A stretch of DNA of 64,000 nt. Source: Mobula hypostoma. Its lineage: Eukaryota. Shown here piece after piece: positions 1 through 12,559 of this stretch. The DNA is taken from NCBI RefSeq assembly GCF_963921235.1, contig NC_086097.1, positions 160,458,001-160,522,000 on the forward strand, in the 5' to 3' direction. How positions within the stretch are numbered: the first letter of the stretch is position 1; each line of letters starts with the position of its first letter. Below the pieces are notes generated by a model. The model was given only the letters and a program-made list of their open reading frames with translations, made no database searches and was not told the origin of the DNA. The position numbers and the translations under genes were made by a program.

Positions 1-340
1 CACTGTAACCTCTGACAATCCTCCAGACTATCAACAATACCCCCAACTTTTGTGTCACGGGCAAACTCACTAACCCACCCTTCTACCCCCTCATCCAGGT
101 CATTTATATTTTTAAAAAATCACAAAGAAAAGAGGATCCCAGAACAGATCCCTGCAGAACACCACTGGTCATCAACCTCCATGCAGAATACAAACCATCT
201 ACAACCACCCTTTGCCTTCAGTGGGCAAGCCAATTCTGGATCCACAAAGCAAGGTCTAGTTGGATCCCATGCTTCCTTACTTTCTAAATGAGCCTTGGAT
301 GAAAAACCTTATCAAATGCCTTACTGAAATCTATGTAATG
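1..340 (-). mobile_element. CR1 LINE RT fragment (decayed)
   Basis: Minus strand reads GVLQGSVLG...NDLDEGVEGWVSEFA.DTKVGGIVDS, the CR1 RT core; runs off the window edge. Confidence 0.8.
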
Positions 341-3300
341 GCTTGATCCTGTGTTATACTGTTCTATGTCATATGATATTATTTGCTTTAAAAAACATGT
401 CTTGACTTCCAGTGATGCCATGATTCAGTATTGACCTGCCTCACATTCCCTCCTATGAAACTCGAGGAATAATAGCTGTTAAAATACTTTTGACCATCTA
501 TGAAAGATATTTTTGCTAAGTAAAGGGTAGAGGAACACGAGTATGGCATCTCGGACTTCAAAACACACTGGAAACAAGAAATACAAAGAGAAAGCAAAGA
601 TAAAAAGATACAGCTAGTGCCAGAACAGGCCGAAGCTAGCAAAGACAACGAGGAGAAAGATATGGCCGTGATACTACGTGAGTTGAAAGAGCTGAGAAAT
701 GAAAATCAAGAGTCATTTTCAGACACCAAGACATCACTACCTAGACTGGAGACCTCGGTGACAGACCTGAAGGAACAACTGGACCTACTGAGCAGAAATC
801 TACCAAGTCTAAGTCCAGAATTAGTGCTAATAAGGACACACGTTTCTGGCATGAGAGAGCACTTAAATACCTGTTGAAGCAAGAAGTCACTCTTACCACA
901 GCTTGTGATGATCTCCAGAACCGCTTACGAAGAAATAACTTAAGAATCTATCAGATACCTAAGGGTAGTGAGAAAGGAGACATGATGGGGTTTGTCAAAC
1001 AGTTAATTAAAACAACACTTCGGCTGCCAGAGAACTTAAATATACACATTGAGAGAGCCCACTGATCCCTGATCACAGAGCCGGCGCCCTTTGCACCACC
1101 ACGCGCCGTCATCGGGCACTTCTTGGATTATACAGTAAAAGAGGCAGTAATGCGTCAAGCATGGGCTCAAAAGCAAGTTACGTTTCAAGGCAGAGTCATC
1201 TATTTTTTCGGGGCTACTCTCCTGAGGTCCAGAAGAGTAAGAGTCCGCGCTGTGATCAAATAGCGAAAGGAGAAAGGTGTGCGGGCAAGTTGTCGCTTCC
1301 CAGTGCAGCTGAGAATAAACTTGGATGCTGGAGTGAAGACCTTTCCTTCCTTGATTGAAGCTCTACCTACACTGGACAACCTGGGCATCTCCGCGCCGGT
1401 GAGTGGGAGGAAGAAGCTGGAGCAGCGACTCATCAGTGAAGTATGGGAGGTGCAGCGGAGGGGGAGAGGAGGACGGAGGACTGCGCTGTCGGAGGCAGAC
1501 ATGAGAGCTTTCCTGACATAAGAAGAGGACGATTACATTTTTTCTTTCGAAGAAGGAGGTATTATGAATGGTGTCTTCTTTGGACTGATTAATAATTTCT
1601 GGGTGTGAGTAATATTTAACTGTCTTTGCCAACATTTACAGCTATTTACCAGCGTAACTGACATACTTTGACATACAATGCAGTTTTGTTGGGGGGGGAG
1701 GTGTTAAATTTTGTTAAGCAGGCAGAAAAGGAAAAGGAATCGCCAAGGGAAGGCAATAACTCAACCAGGGGGATATGTTTTCTCTGTGGTTTGTAGCTAT
1801 GATAGCACCGTGTGCATGTTCCACAGAGAGAGGCAAGTGTCATTACTCTCTGCCTAAATATCATCAGTGGGTGGTCTTGATAAGAGAAAAAGCAGTTATA
1901 ATAGTTTGTTTTATCAGGAATTTTAAAAGACTAACTGGATTTTTGGAAGTCTTATTTGGTTTTGTTGTGTTTTGTGGGCTATATTCTTTTGTAAATAGTT
2001 CTGTAGGCATTGGCAAGTCATCACAAGTTTTTCAGTTATTATGCTATAAAAATGCCAGGTTTGGTTGAAGGTGGGAGGGGTTGGTGATGTGGTGACATCT
2101 GTTAGACTCGCGAGACCATGGAGCTGCCCCTAGAAAGGTTTTCCAGGGCGCAGGCCTGGGTAAGGTTGTATGGAAGGCCGGCAGTTGCCCATGCAGCAAG
2201 TCTCCACTCTCCATGACACCGATGTTGTCCAAGGGAAGGGTAAGGGCCGATACAGCTTGGCACCATTGGTGATGCAGTAAGAGAGATATTGTATCATGGC
2301 CACTTTGAACATAATTAGTTATAATATTAATGGAATCAATCACCCCATTAAAAGGGAAAAAAATATTGGCTCAGTTGAAAAAAGTTAATTGCCCTATTAC
2401 AAGAAACACTTTTAGGAGACATGGAACACAAAAAAAATTAAAAAGAGAGTGGGTAGATCAAGTCTATTATTCATATTGCCCTAATAGTAGAAAGAGAGGA
2501 GTTGCAATATTAATTAACAGATTAGTTTATTTCGTGGTGGAAAAAGAGGTTAAAGGCAAGCAGAGTAGATATGTGTTAGCTTTGGGCTCAATGGGAGGTG
2601 AAGAGTTTACTATCATGAGCATCTATGCACTGAATGAAGATAACCCCACCTTTTTCAAAGAAGTAGCTTTATTACTTGCCAGGGAAGCTAGAGGTAGTGT
2701 TATAGTTGGAGGAGACTTTAATTGTATTCTTAATAGGAGTTTGGATAAATTACCTGGGAATGGGGAACCCCTGAGCAAGAAGTCTAAAGCAGCAAAAATT
2801 ATGTTGGATGAGCTTGGGTTAGTTGATGGCTGGAGAGCACTGAATCCAGGTGCCAGGGATTTTAGTTATATATCATGAGCCTATGGCTCATATTCAAGAA
2901 CTGACCTTATTTGCATCCCAAAGAAGAATCTACATCAGGTGAAGGAACGTGTTAATGAACCCATTACATTGTCAGATCATGCTCCTGTTAGACTTGTACT
3001 GAAAGTAGGCTCTGAGCGGCACTTCAAATATTGAAGACTCAATGTTTCCACATTGATGGATCCCTCTTCCTATAATCAACTAAGACAATGCATTGACAAA
3101 TATTTGTGACAAATGACAATGGGGAGGTTTCCCCCTCGATACTGTGGGAAGGTGCAAAAGCTGCGATTAGGGGAAAATGTATTGATTTGGCTGTTCAAAT
3201 GAAAAAAATACCAAAATGAAAAATATAATCAGTTACAAAGTGAAATAAAAAGATTAGAACAAAGGCACAAATGAACACTGAACAAGGATGATTTGAAAAA

Positions 3301-3976
3301 CCTACAAAAGTGTAGGGATGCCTTTAATGAGTTGCTCACCTATAAAGCGGAAGGAGCACTTAGATACACAAATCAAAAGTATTAGGAGATGGAGAACCAG
3401 GCCAGCCATCTGTTAGCATTTCAGTTGAGAAAGGCACAATCTAACAGAGTTGTACCAAAAATTAGACATCCTTTAACTTTCTCCAAGGTATCGAATTCAA
3501 ATAATGTAGCAGAGGCATTTAGGGCCTTATATAAAGATCTGTATGATTCTTCTGATCCACCACAAAATAAAGGCAAGCTGGACGAAATTTTCAGACACAT
3601 CTGTATAAACAAACTTTCAGGAAGTGAGATTGTTTCACTGACACAATCAATCTCGGAACTAGAAATAAAAGATGTTATTAAAACATTAAAAAATAATAAA
3701 TCTCCGGGGATGGATGGATTTCCAGGTGAGTTCTACAAGATACTAGACAACGGGGTGACCCGTTGGGGCACCCTTTGAGAGAAGGGTAGTGCAGTCTGAT
3801 GTGACCAGAATGAACATTAAATTTTCCTGAATGATATTGGTATCGCTTTGCTTTGGAAACTGAAGTAGTAAACCTCAGTTTATTAAAGAAGAACGACGCG
3901 TAGCAAAGCAAATATAGCTCCTCCTCGTTTAACGAAGGACACTTTTAATGGCATCATTTCTGACTTATCTGCCATC

Positions 3977-5081
3977 CAGGACATCTCAAATGTCCTCTTT
4001 CTTTAAGGATCATGGTTTCCCATCTGCCATCATCAATGATGCCCTGACCCGCATCTCCTTCATTTCCCACACTTCGGCACTCACCCCATCATCTTGTCAC
4101 CACAACAGGGATAGAGTTCCCCTTGTCCTCACCTACCACCCCACCAGCCTCCGGATCCAGCACATTATCCTCTGCAACTTCCGCCACCTTCAACAGGAAC
4201 CCACCACTAAGCACATCTTTCCCTCTCCATCCCCTCTGCTTTCTGCAGGGATCGTTCCCTCCGCAACTCCCTGGTCCACATGTCCCTCCCAACGGATCCC
4301 CCACCCGGCACTTATCCCTGTAAGTGTAAGTGCTACACCTGTCCCTACACCTCCTCTCTTGCCACCATTCAGGGCGCCAAACAGTCCTTCCAGGTGAAGC
4401 AACACTTCACTTATGAGTCTGTTGGGGTCATCTATTGCATCCGGTACTCCCGGTGCGGTCTCCTCTACATGGGTGATACCCAACGCAGATTGGGGAACCG
4501 CTTCGTCAAACACCTCTGCTCTGTCCACCACAACAGACAGGATCTTCCAGTTGTCATCCACTTCAACTCTGCTTCCCACTCCCATTCAGATACGTCCATA
4601 CATGGCCTCCCCTACTGCCGTGATGAGGCTAAACTCAGGTTGGAGGAGCAACACCTCACATACCGTCTAGGTAGTCTCCAGCCCCTGGGCATGAACATCG
4701 AATTCTCCAACTTCCAGTAATTCCCTCCCCCTCCCTTCCCCTATCCCTGTTTCACTCTGCCCCCTCCCCCAGCTGCCTATCACCTCCCTCATGGTTCTGC
4801 CTCCTTCTACTACCCATTGTGCTTTCCCCTATTCCTTCTTCACCTTTCCTGCCTATCACCTCCCTGCTTCCCCTCCGCCATCCCTTTATCTTTCCCCTTA
4901 CTGGTTTTTCACCTGGAACCTACCAGCCTTCTCCTTCCCACCCTCCCCCCACCTCCTTTATAGGGCCTCTGCCTCCTCCCTCTTCAGTCCTGACAAAGGG
5001 TTCTGGCCCGAAACGTTGACTGATCATTTCCACAGATGTTGCCCGACCTGCTGAGTTCCTCCAGCATGTTGTGAGTGTTGC
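3977..5081 (+). mobile_element. Penelope-like element 3' part (RT C-terminus, GIY-YIG endonuclease, pyrimidine-rich 3' region, hammerhead)
   Basis: RVPLVLTYHP; VIYCIRYSRCGLLYMGDTQRRLGNRFVKH...GMNIEF (GIY-YIG); possible TSD CTGCCA at 3969 and 5083. Confidence 0.9.
4985..5022 (+). ncRNA. Minimal type I hammerhead ribozyme relic (Penelope)
   Basis: CAGTC-CTGACAA-AGGG..CCC-GAAAC-GTT-GACTG; core differs from CUGANGA at G8 (G>A). Confidence 0.65.
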
Positions 5082-5082
5082 C

Positions 5083-5364
5083 CTGCCACCCTTGTGCCTC
5101 TTATTGTCATTCTGGAGACGTGCAGCCCTTTTATCCCCCGTCTCTTCAGCTCTTCTGTTGTTTGTTGTTTATCTCTGACCTTGGAGACGTGCATGCCTCT
5201 CCTCCTCTTCTTCTCTCATCGTTTTTTGTCCTGACTGTTTGATCCGGGCGTCATGCTGCCCTGGCCTCATCCGATTCTTGTTCTCTCCGTCTCCTGGCCG
5301 CTTCCTGACGACGTTTGGCATCATCTCTTGACCATAATGTCCCCCTTCCCTTTCCATGTGGCAT
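5083..5364 (-). pseudogene. Helitron RepHel N-terminal relic with STPR-like repeats
   Basis: MPHGKGRGTLWSRDDAKRRQEAARRRREQESDEARAA*...EEEEERHARLQ...EETGDKRAARLQ: three E(S/T)xExRxARL-type units, with stops and a frameshift. Confidence 0.65.
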
Positions 5365-8300
5365 AATTAGACTGACCTTTTTTTTACCCTAATGCTGGAT
5401 AGAAGATACGAAGCACTAACACCAAAGGATGCTGATTATTCTTCATGATGTGGTTGGCGCTCTCCTTTATGGACGTGATATAGTCATCGCTGTCCTTTGA
5501 CTGAAGCAAAGGGTTTTACGGATGTCTTGAAGTATGTCATTACAATAAGATTTAATTATCTCTTATTGATGGGTGGCAGTTAGATCTGTCCCAATCCTGC
5601 ACATGCTGATGGCGATGAGCAGAATGTGAGCCCTCGAAATAGAGCTGCCCTGCTCTTTTGCTCTGGTAGGTGTCACTGCTGAGGCTGGCCGTGCGCATGC
5701 GTTGGGCTGTCGCGTCCCGATTTCCATGATGGTCAATCGGGTCTTGGGTGAAAGCCAGCCTGTTGACTTTTGGCAAATGAGCAATTTTATACGAATATAT
5801 AACCCTGAACTTTGAGTGCATTCTGTAAGTTAGCACAGTTTCATTCGATTTAGCCCAAAAAAGTGCTGCTGTAATGCACCGTTTGCGCTAATTGGAGGTC
5901 ACAAACAGAGCATGAGAGTTTTAGTAGTATATAGATTTACAACTGAACTTACTCCAGTTTTATATAAAGTTTTTAATTATGCTCTGAATGAACATGACCC
6001 CACCCCCCCGCCCCCCGCCAGACAGCTGGTCAGAGGCAATCATATCAGTAATCCACAAGGACAGAAAGGACCCTGTAGCATATAATTCATATAGACCAAT
6101 CAGCCCGCTTGGTACTGATGTGAAGATTCTTTATTCTATTTTAGCAAAGAGACTACAGAAATATATAGGAAAATTGATTAATCCAGATCAAACTGGATTT
6201 ATTCCAGGCCGTCAGGGAGCAAATAATGTTAGAAGAGCTTTAAATATCCAGTCTTTAGCACAGAGATTCATCCACCCTTCAATGCTTCTTAGCTGAGATG
6301 CCGAGAAGGCATTTGATAGGGTGGATTGGATATACTTAGACTACCTTAGAAAAAATGGGTTTTAATGCAATACTTCAAAGTTGGATGAAGACACTGAATA
6401 AAGATCCAATTTCCAGGGTTAGACTAAATGGATACTGTTCCAATTTCCTCAGGCTCAAAAGGGGAACTAGATAGGGGAGTCCCCTATCTCCGATACTATT
6501 TGCCTTAAGCATCGAAACACTGGCTGATATAATAAGACAAAATGAACATATTGAGGGGTAACAGAATAAGGAGGTATAACCATAAGATAACTTTATTTGC
6601 AGATGACATTCTTCTCTTTATAAAGAATCCTCTTTCATCAGTTCCCCTGCTTATGCAATGTTTGAGAAGCTATGGAGAGGTCTCTGGATACAAAATTAAC
6701 GAAGCAAAATCTGAAGCTATGATGATTACAGGGACCTGGCCAAGCCAGCTGGATGATGAAGTGACTTTTTGTTGACCAAAACATTGCTTTAGATATTTGG
6801 GGGTTAGTTTACCTCATAGTTCCTCTCAGCTCTTTGTAGCCAATTATGTTAAACTTATTAATCAAGTAAGGAGAGATCTTGAACATTGGGAGATGCTTCC
6901 TTCATCACTGATAGGTAGAGTACAAGTGATCAGGATGAATATTTTGCACAGGTTTCTTTTTCTTTTCAGCGCTCTACCCATAATAGTTCCCTTATCTACT
7001 TTTAAAATGTTGGCTAGATTTATCAGTAGGTTTATGTGGCAGAAGAAGAGGCTCAGGGTGAGACTAAAAGTGTTATACTTGAATAAAAAACAGGGAGGTT
7101 TAGCTTTACCTTATTTAAAGACCTATTATTGGGCTGCCCAATTAAGAGCAATTGTGTCATGGATCAGAGAAGACATGGATTCAAGATGGGTTCACATAGA
7201 GCAAAATTCAGTTGGTGAGTTATCTTTAGCAGCTCTTCCCTTTTTAAATCCAAACGTGTGGAAGAATGTTGAGGCTCAGAATGAATGGGTTAACTATACA
7301 TTGAAAGTATGAGACAGAATTAGGAAAAAATTAAATCTCACAAGGACTATATCAAGGGTAACCAGAATTGCTTTCATTTCAGATTTTATTCCAGCAAGAC
7401 TGGATTCTGGTTTTAACAGGTGAGTGCAAAGAGGTCTGGTTCTTGTGGACCAAATGTTTGACAGTGAGGCGCTCAAATCTTTCTCCCAACTCCAAACTGA
7501 ATTCGACCTTGTATCAACAACACACATCAAAGTTGCTGGTGAACGCAGCAGGCCAGGCAGCATCTGTAGGAAGAGGTGCAGTCGACATGTGTATGTTTGT
7601 ATGTAATTGTATGTATGTGTTCCTTATTTCTTCTTTCTCTTGCTCCTACTCTCTTCTACCCCTGGTATTGTTAATATAGGTATTTATGATTGTGCAGTGA
7701 ATTGTGAACTGATATGTGTTTGCTCAGTAACGTTCAAAAATAAAGAACATGTCCTCTGGAATGTTTGTCAAGAACAGTCATACATACTGATGCTCATAAT
7801 ATGCTTCATGATCTACAGAGAGGCATATAGATGCTAGAAAATTGGAGGGCTATGTTGGAAGGAAGAGTTAGATTGATCAGAGTAGTACAACACAGTGGGC
7901 TGAAAAGCCTGTACTGTGCTGTAATGTTCTATGGTCCATGAATTAGCCAGTCAGATCAGTGAAAATTGGTGCATGTGTTAAGACAATGACACTGGAACTT
8001 ACTCTGCCATGAACTCTTGCCGATGCACATAATTCCATGTGAGTGGGTGTAGGAAAATATCACAAAAGGTACATTGATACCATAAACTCACCTAATGCTT
8101 GAAAAGTAAGAGTTATTGAAGTCCTTCAACAATTCTCAGGAAAAATTACCTGAGATGGAACCCTAATTATCATTCTCGTGAGTCTTCAGAAATGGACTGA
8201 AGCACAATATATTTATACCAAGGAAGCAGTCTTTTATAATTAATTACATAAATGCTGATTCTTTCCACTCCTGCAACTCAGTAGAGTCAAAGCAAGCATG

Positions 8301-8806
8301 CCTCTTCATTCACTTGTTAAACAGGTTCACCGAATCTTCACACAGATTGATTCAGTGAATCCAGGATGCCCATGCTTGTAGACAGAAACCAGACAGGAAC
8401 AGCCGCTAAGAACCTGATTTGCACAAGCGTAATCAATGTGTGAAATGGACAACATGTAGGGAAATAAAACTGAACTGCAAGGAGCATCCTGTTTGATTGG
8501 ATTGGTGGGCACTGAATTGAAGGAGAGTCTGCGCATTGAACAAGGTTGAAGACGAGAGATGGAAATTTTAGAGTGAGTTTGGGTAAATGTGGGAGTCAAC
8601 AGTCACCCTTCTTTGTTGCAAATACAGAAGCTTGAGTTGTTGTTTTCCCATTGGCTGTCCAACACAACAGGGAACAAGAGAAGTATTAAAGACATGGCTG
8701 CACTGGCAGATGGAAGAGAGGGTCAGATCAGGATTGTGCATCGTCACATTACCTGGAAGCCAAAAAGTGTACCTTCTACCATCAATGTTGATTGTGACAT
8801 GGCACA

Positions 8807-9011
8807 TAAGAGATTATGCAGATGCTGGAAATCTTGAGCAATACAAACCAAACACTGGAGGAATTCAGCAGGGCAGGCAGTATCCATGAAAGGAAATAAA
8901 CAGCTGACTTTTCAGGCCAAGTCCTAATGAACAACCTCAGCCCAAAACATCAACTGCTTATTTCGCTCAACAGATGCTGCCTGACCTGCTAAGTTCTTCC
9001 AGCATTTTGTG
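8807..9011. repeat. Inverted pair of Penelope terminal sequences (hairpin)
   Basis: 8855-8921 is the approximate reverse complement of 8936-9002; the right arm resembles the Penelope end at 5005-5065. Confidence 0.75.
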
Positions 9012-10162
9012 ATGATGGTGATCTACCATCGTCTGGAGAATGCAGAGTTTGACACATCTCAGTCCTGTACCCATATCTCTCTGGCTCTGAAACAGATTAC
9101 TTTTAGCTGCTGAGAATGTCAAAAACCTGCATGGTATTTTGAAATAATGTACATCTCAAATAATAAATAATTATGTGTAATTCTTTTAATTATTTGTTTA
9201 TGATATTTTAGCTGTCCCCTTACATTTCAAATCTTACTTTAAACTCTACAAAACACTAACTAAATTCCCACCTGTTCAGCTTGCTTAGAGAGTGGAATTT
9301 AGGTTCCATCACACCCAGGGTAAATGAACACAAGCAAAAATGGTTCTTCCAAAATTTAAATCATGGTTGATCAGCCTCTGGCTTCAACTTACCTTTTGTG
9401 TCAGTTCCAGATTGACTTTAGATCCCCAGTTAAAAAAAACCCTCCTTCTCTTTAAGCGCCTCCAGTGACTGAGCCTCCACAGCCCTCCTGCGTAGAGAAT
9501 TTCAGATTTTCATCAGCCAAGTTCAGTTCTGTTGGGCAAGGAACCTACACAATGTTTTCCAGTCTTATTGCAAGTCCTGTTGTGTCATCCTTGACACCAA
9601 AGAACAAAGCAATTGTCTGATTACTAGGTCCATGACTAATGTAGCAAGTATAACTTTATCCCCAAGCACCTATTTTGCTTGTGTGTCTCATATAAATAGG
9701 GATAAAAAAAACGGCAACCAGGCACATAGTTATAAGGTTGAGATTATTTTCATCTGAATGAGTTTCCTTGGACTTCTGCCAAGCAAGCTCCTTCTCTTGT
9801 GATCCAGGAGTTTTCATTTTGAATTGTGCAGTCTCCGACTGATGTATTTTTTTATATATAAACAGTAGCATGGCACAGTGGAATTTACCTCAAATTTCCT
9901 TCGCAAACTTCAGTGAATACATAATGAGAAAATTTTAAATACCCGTCTGTTTCAGAAAAGCTGAAACCAATCCAAAAATATAATATCTGAAAACTAGGCA
10001 AAATTGTGGAAAACAAGACCATATTTTTATGTATGCATCCAGAATATCTCCTAACTTTACGAATTTGATGCCTGTCAGAGTAAAGGGGCAATGTGGATAA
10101 AAACTGACAGCAAGAAAGACAGCGGTAATGAACAGCTGTTTTTCAGACAGCAGAGATATAGT

Positions 10163-10982
10163 AGTCATAGTCATAGTCATAGTCATACTTTATTAATCCC
10201 GGGGGAAATTGGTTTTCGTTACAGTTGCACCATAAATAATAAATAGTGATAGAACCATAAATAGTTAAATAGTAATATGTAAATTATGCCAGTAAATTAT
10301 GAAATATGTCCAGGACCAGCCTATCGGCTCAGGATGTCTTACCCTCCAAGGGAGGAGTTGTAAAGTTTGATGGCCACAGGCAGGAATGACTTCCTATGAC
10401 GCTCTGTGCTGCGTCTTGGTGGAATGAGTCTCTGGTTGAATGTACTCCTGTGCCCACCCAGTACATTATGTAGTGCATGGGAGACATTGTCCAAGATGGC
10501 ATGCAACTTGGACAGCATCCTCTTTTCAGACACCACCGTGAGAGAGTCCAGTTCCATCCCCACAACATCACTGGCCTTACGAATGAGTTTGTTGATTCTG
10601 TTGGTGTCTGCTACCCTCAGCCTGCTGCCCCAGCACACAACAACAAACATGATAGCACTGGCCACCACAGACTCATAGAACATCCTCAGCATCGTCCGGC
10701 AGATGTTAAAGGACCTCAGTCTCCTCAGGAAATAGAGACGGCTCTGACCCTTCTTGTAGACAGCCTCAGTATTCTTTGACCAGTCCAGTTTATTGTCAAT
10801 TCATATCCCCAGGTATTTGTAATCCTCCACCATGTCCACACTGACCCCCTGGATGGAAACAGGGGTCACCGGTACCTTAGCTCTCCTCAGGTCTACCACC
10901 AGCTCCTTAGCCTTTTTCACATTAAGCTGCAGATAATTCTGCTCACACCATGTGACAAAGTTTCCTACAGTAGCCCTGTACA
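10163..10982 (-). mobile_element. Rex1/Babar LINE, 5'-truncated
   Basis: WCEQNYLQLNVKKAKELVVD, YKYLG, MLRMFYESVVASAIMF..VCWG; (TATGAC)n tail at 10163-10187. Confidence 0.85.
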
Positions 10983-11164
10983 GAGTAGCACCCTCCAAGG
11001 TTGGGAGCACCGTCATTTCTGATGTTTACTTGTGACCCAGATTTAGGTGTTAAAGGAATAATTTAATGTTTCCAATTATCAGAAAGACAGATAATATCAG
11101 TTTTCAGAGGGACATGCACAGATGGTTAAAATAAGTAATAATTGCATTAATTGATAAACCAAAA

Positions 11165-11575
11165 GCAAAGTCAAAGTTGAGTTTATTGTCATATGCAAAG
11201 GTGCAATGAGAAACTTACTTTCAGCAGTGTCATACACACATAGCATTAGGCAAACAGCATCCACAAGAAAAGTGCAACTTAAGCATAAAGCATAAACAAT
11301 TTTGACAAGGAAGAATAAAGCAAAGGAAGACCAGTGTAGTACAAGGTGATCAAACTTGTTAACAGTGTTGCTATAACAAGTGAGTTAGTGCTGAGGGTTG
11401 TGCAGTTTGGTTCAAGAAATAAATGGTTGAAGGGAAGAAGTTGTTCTTGAACCTGTTGGTGTGGGAAATCAAACTACTGTACCTCCTTCCAGTGGTAGCT
11501 ACGAAAAGACTGCATGGGCTAGATGGTAGTGATCTTTGATGATAGATGTTGCCTTAAGACAGAGATTCACTGGTG
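11165..11575 (-). mobile_element. Old Rex1/Babar-like 3' fragment
   Basis: Minus strand ATSIIKD..HLAHAVFS.LP.G, followed by a 3' UTR ending in AATAAA and a short tandem tail. Confidence 0.55.
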
Positions 11576-12169
11576 AGTGATAACAAAAAAAAGAGTAGCT
11601 TACATAAATATTGGAAAGTATCATGGAAGACCGAATCCCCACCTCCACATCACCCTCAATCCCATCCTCCCTGTCAACCCAACCCCGCTTCTCCTTCAGC
11701 CCAATCCCCACCTCCCCGTCATGCCAGTCCACAGCTTCCTGTGGCCACACTAACTTTTTACAGTTGTGTCTCCCAGCAATATCAAGATCTCATCAATGTG
11801 GTCTTCCTCTGACAATGGCAAATAAGCCTCAATAATTGTAGCCTGTGCCCTCAAATAGGGTCTCTAATCTAATCTACATTCCTATCCACCCCCAATAACC
11901 TCTCAGCTTCTTGTTATTGAGTAGCTAGATATCTCTGACACAGACTCTGCTGCTACCATCCTTTGATGAAGGGAGTACCAAAAGGTCAAACCACTTAGGG
12001 ATATGAAAAAAAAAATTGGCTTACCTCCATCTAACTAGGAAAATCCTTATTTTTGTACATAGATCCCCACAAAAGGGCTACATCTCCACAGCCATTTTAT
12101 TAAGAGCCCTCAAGATCCAATCCGTTTCAATCAATTTTCCTGTAATTGCACTGAGTACAAGCTTGACCG

Positions 12170-12458
12170 GGCTCCAAGGTCACATAGCGGAAAGCATGAT
12201 GCTCTTACAACTCAGAGCATCGGTGTTCAATTGTGGTGTCCTCTGTAAGGAGTGTGTATGTACTCCCCATACAATACATGTTTTTTTTCCTGATCCTCCA
12301 GTTCCTCACACAGTCCAAAGATGTACTGGGCTGGCTAGTTGGTCATTGTAAATTGAACCGCGATTAGGTTAGGGTTAAATCGGACTTGTCGGGCGCTGCA
12401 GGGTGGTGCGGCTCTAAGGGCTGTATCTCTAAATAAGTAAGTAAGTAAATAAATAAAT
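12170..12458 (+). mobile_element. tRNA-derived V-domain SINE (HE1-like)
   Basis: A/B-box-like head (GTTCAATT), CACAGTCCAAAGATGT core, (TAAG/TAAA)n tail. Confidence 0.65.
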
Positions 12459-12559
12459 CTTCATAGATTATCAAAAGCGTTGGAAAGTAGTACAAAAAAG
12501 AGAACTCAATTTATTGAAAGTGAGTGGGGAGTCCAGTAAGCTGAACACATCAGTTGTGT

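Larger units (their letters stand above)
3743..5935 (-). mobile_element. Non-autonomous Helitron (internally deleted)
   Basis: Minus strand starts TCTATATACTACTAAAAC and ends GGGTGCCCC-AAC-GGGTCACCC-CGTTGT-CTAG. Inserted between A and T with no TSD; removing it restores the L1 frame (TTC TAC AAG ATA|TTT ACA ACT GAA). Confidence 0.88.
500..7745 (+). mobile_element. L1-clade LINE, near full length, inactivated and interrupted by a Helitron (3743-5935)
   Basis: ORF1 relic ~543-1521 (coiled coil; LQNRLRRNNLRIYQIP...IERAH). ORF2 from ATG 2296 (IISYNINGINHPIKR; GGDFN endonuclease; KSPGMDGFPGEFYK; YRPIS; DQTGFIPGRQ; LFADD; GGLALP). Many stops and frameshifts. Confidence 0.9.

Noticed and set aside
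8003..8091. Possible minus-strand exon (cattag|...open frame VSLWYQCTFCD...|gtaagt)
   Set aside because: Peptide not recognised, weak acceptor and no partner exons; needs RNA-seq or conservation data.
9656..10160. Short minus-strand ORFs and splice-like sites in unique sequence
   Set aside because: No recognisable domain; the MTMTMT start is just the Rex1 tail microsatellite.
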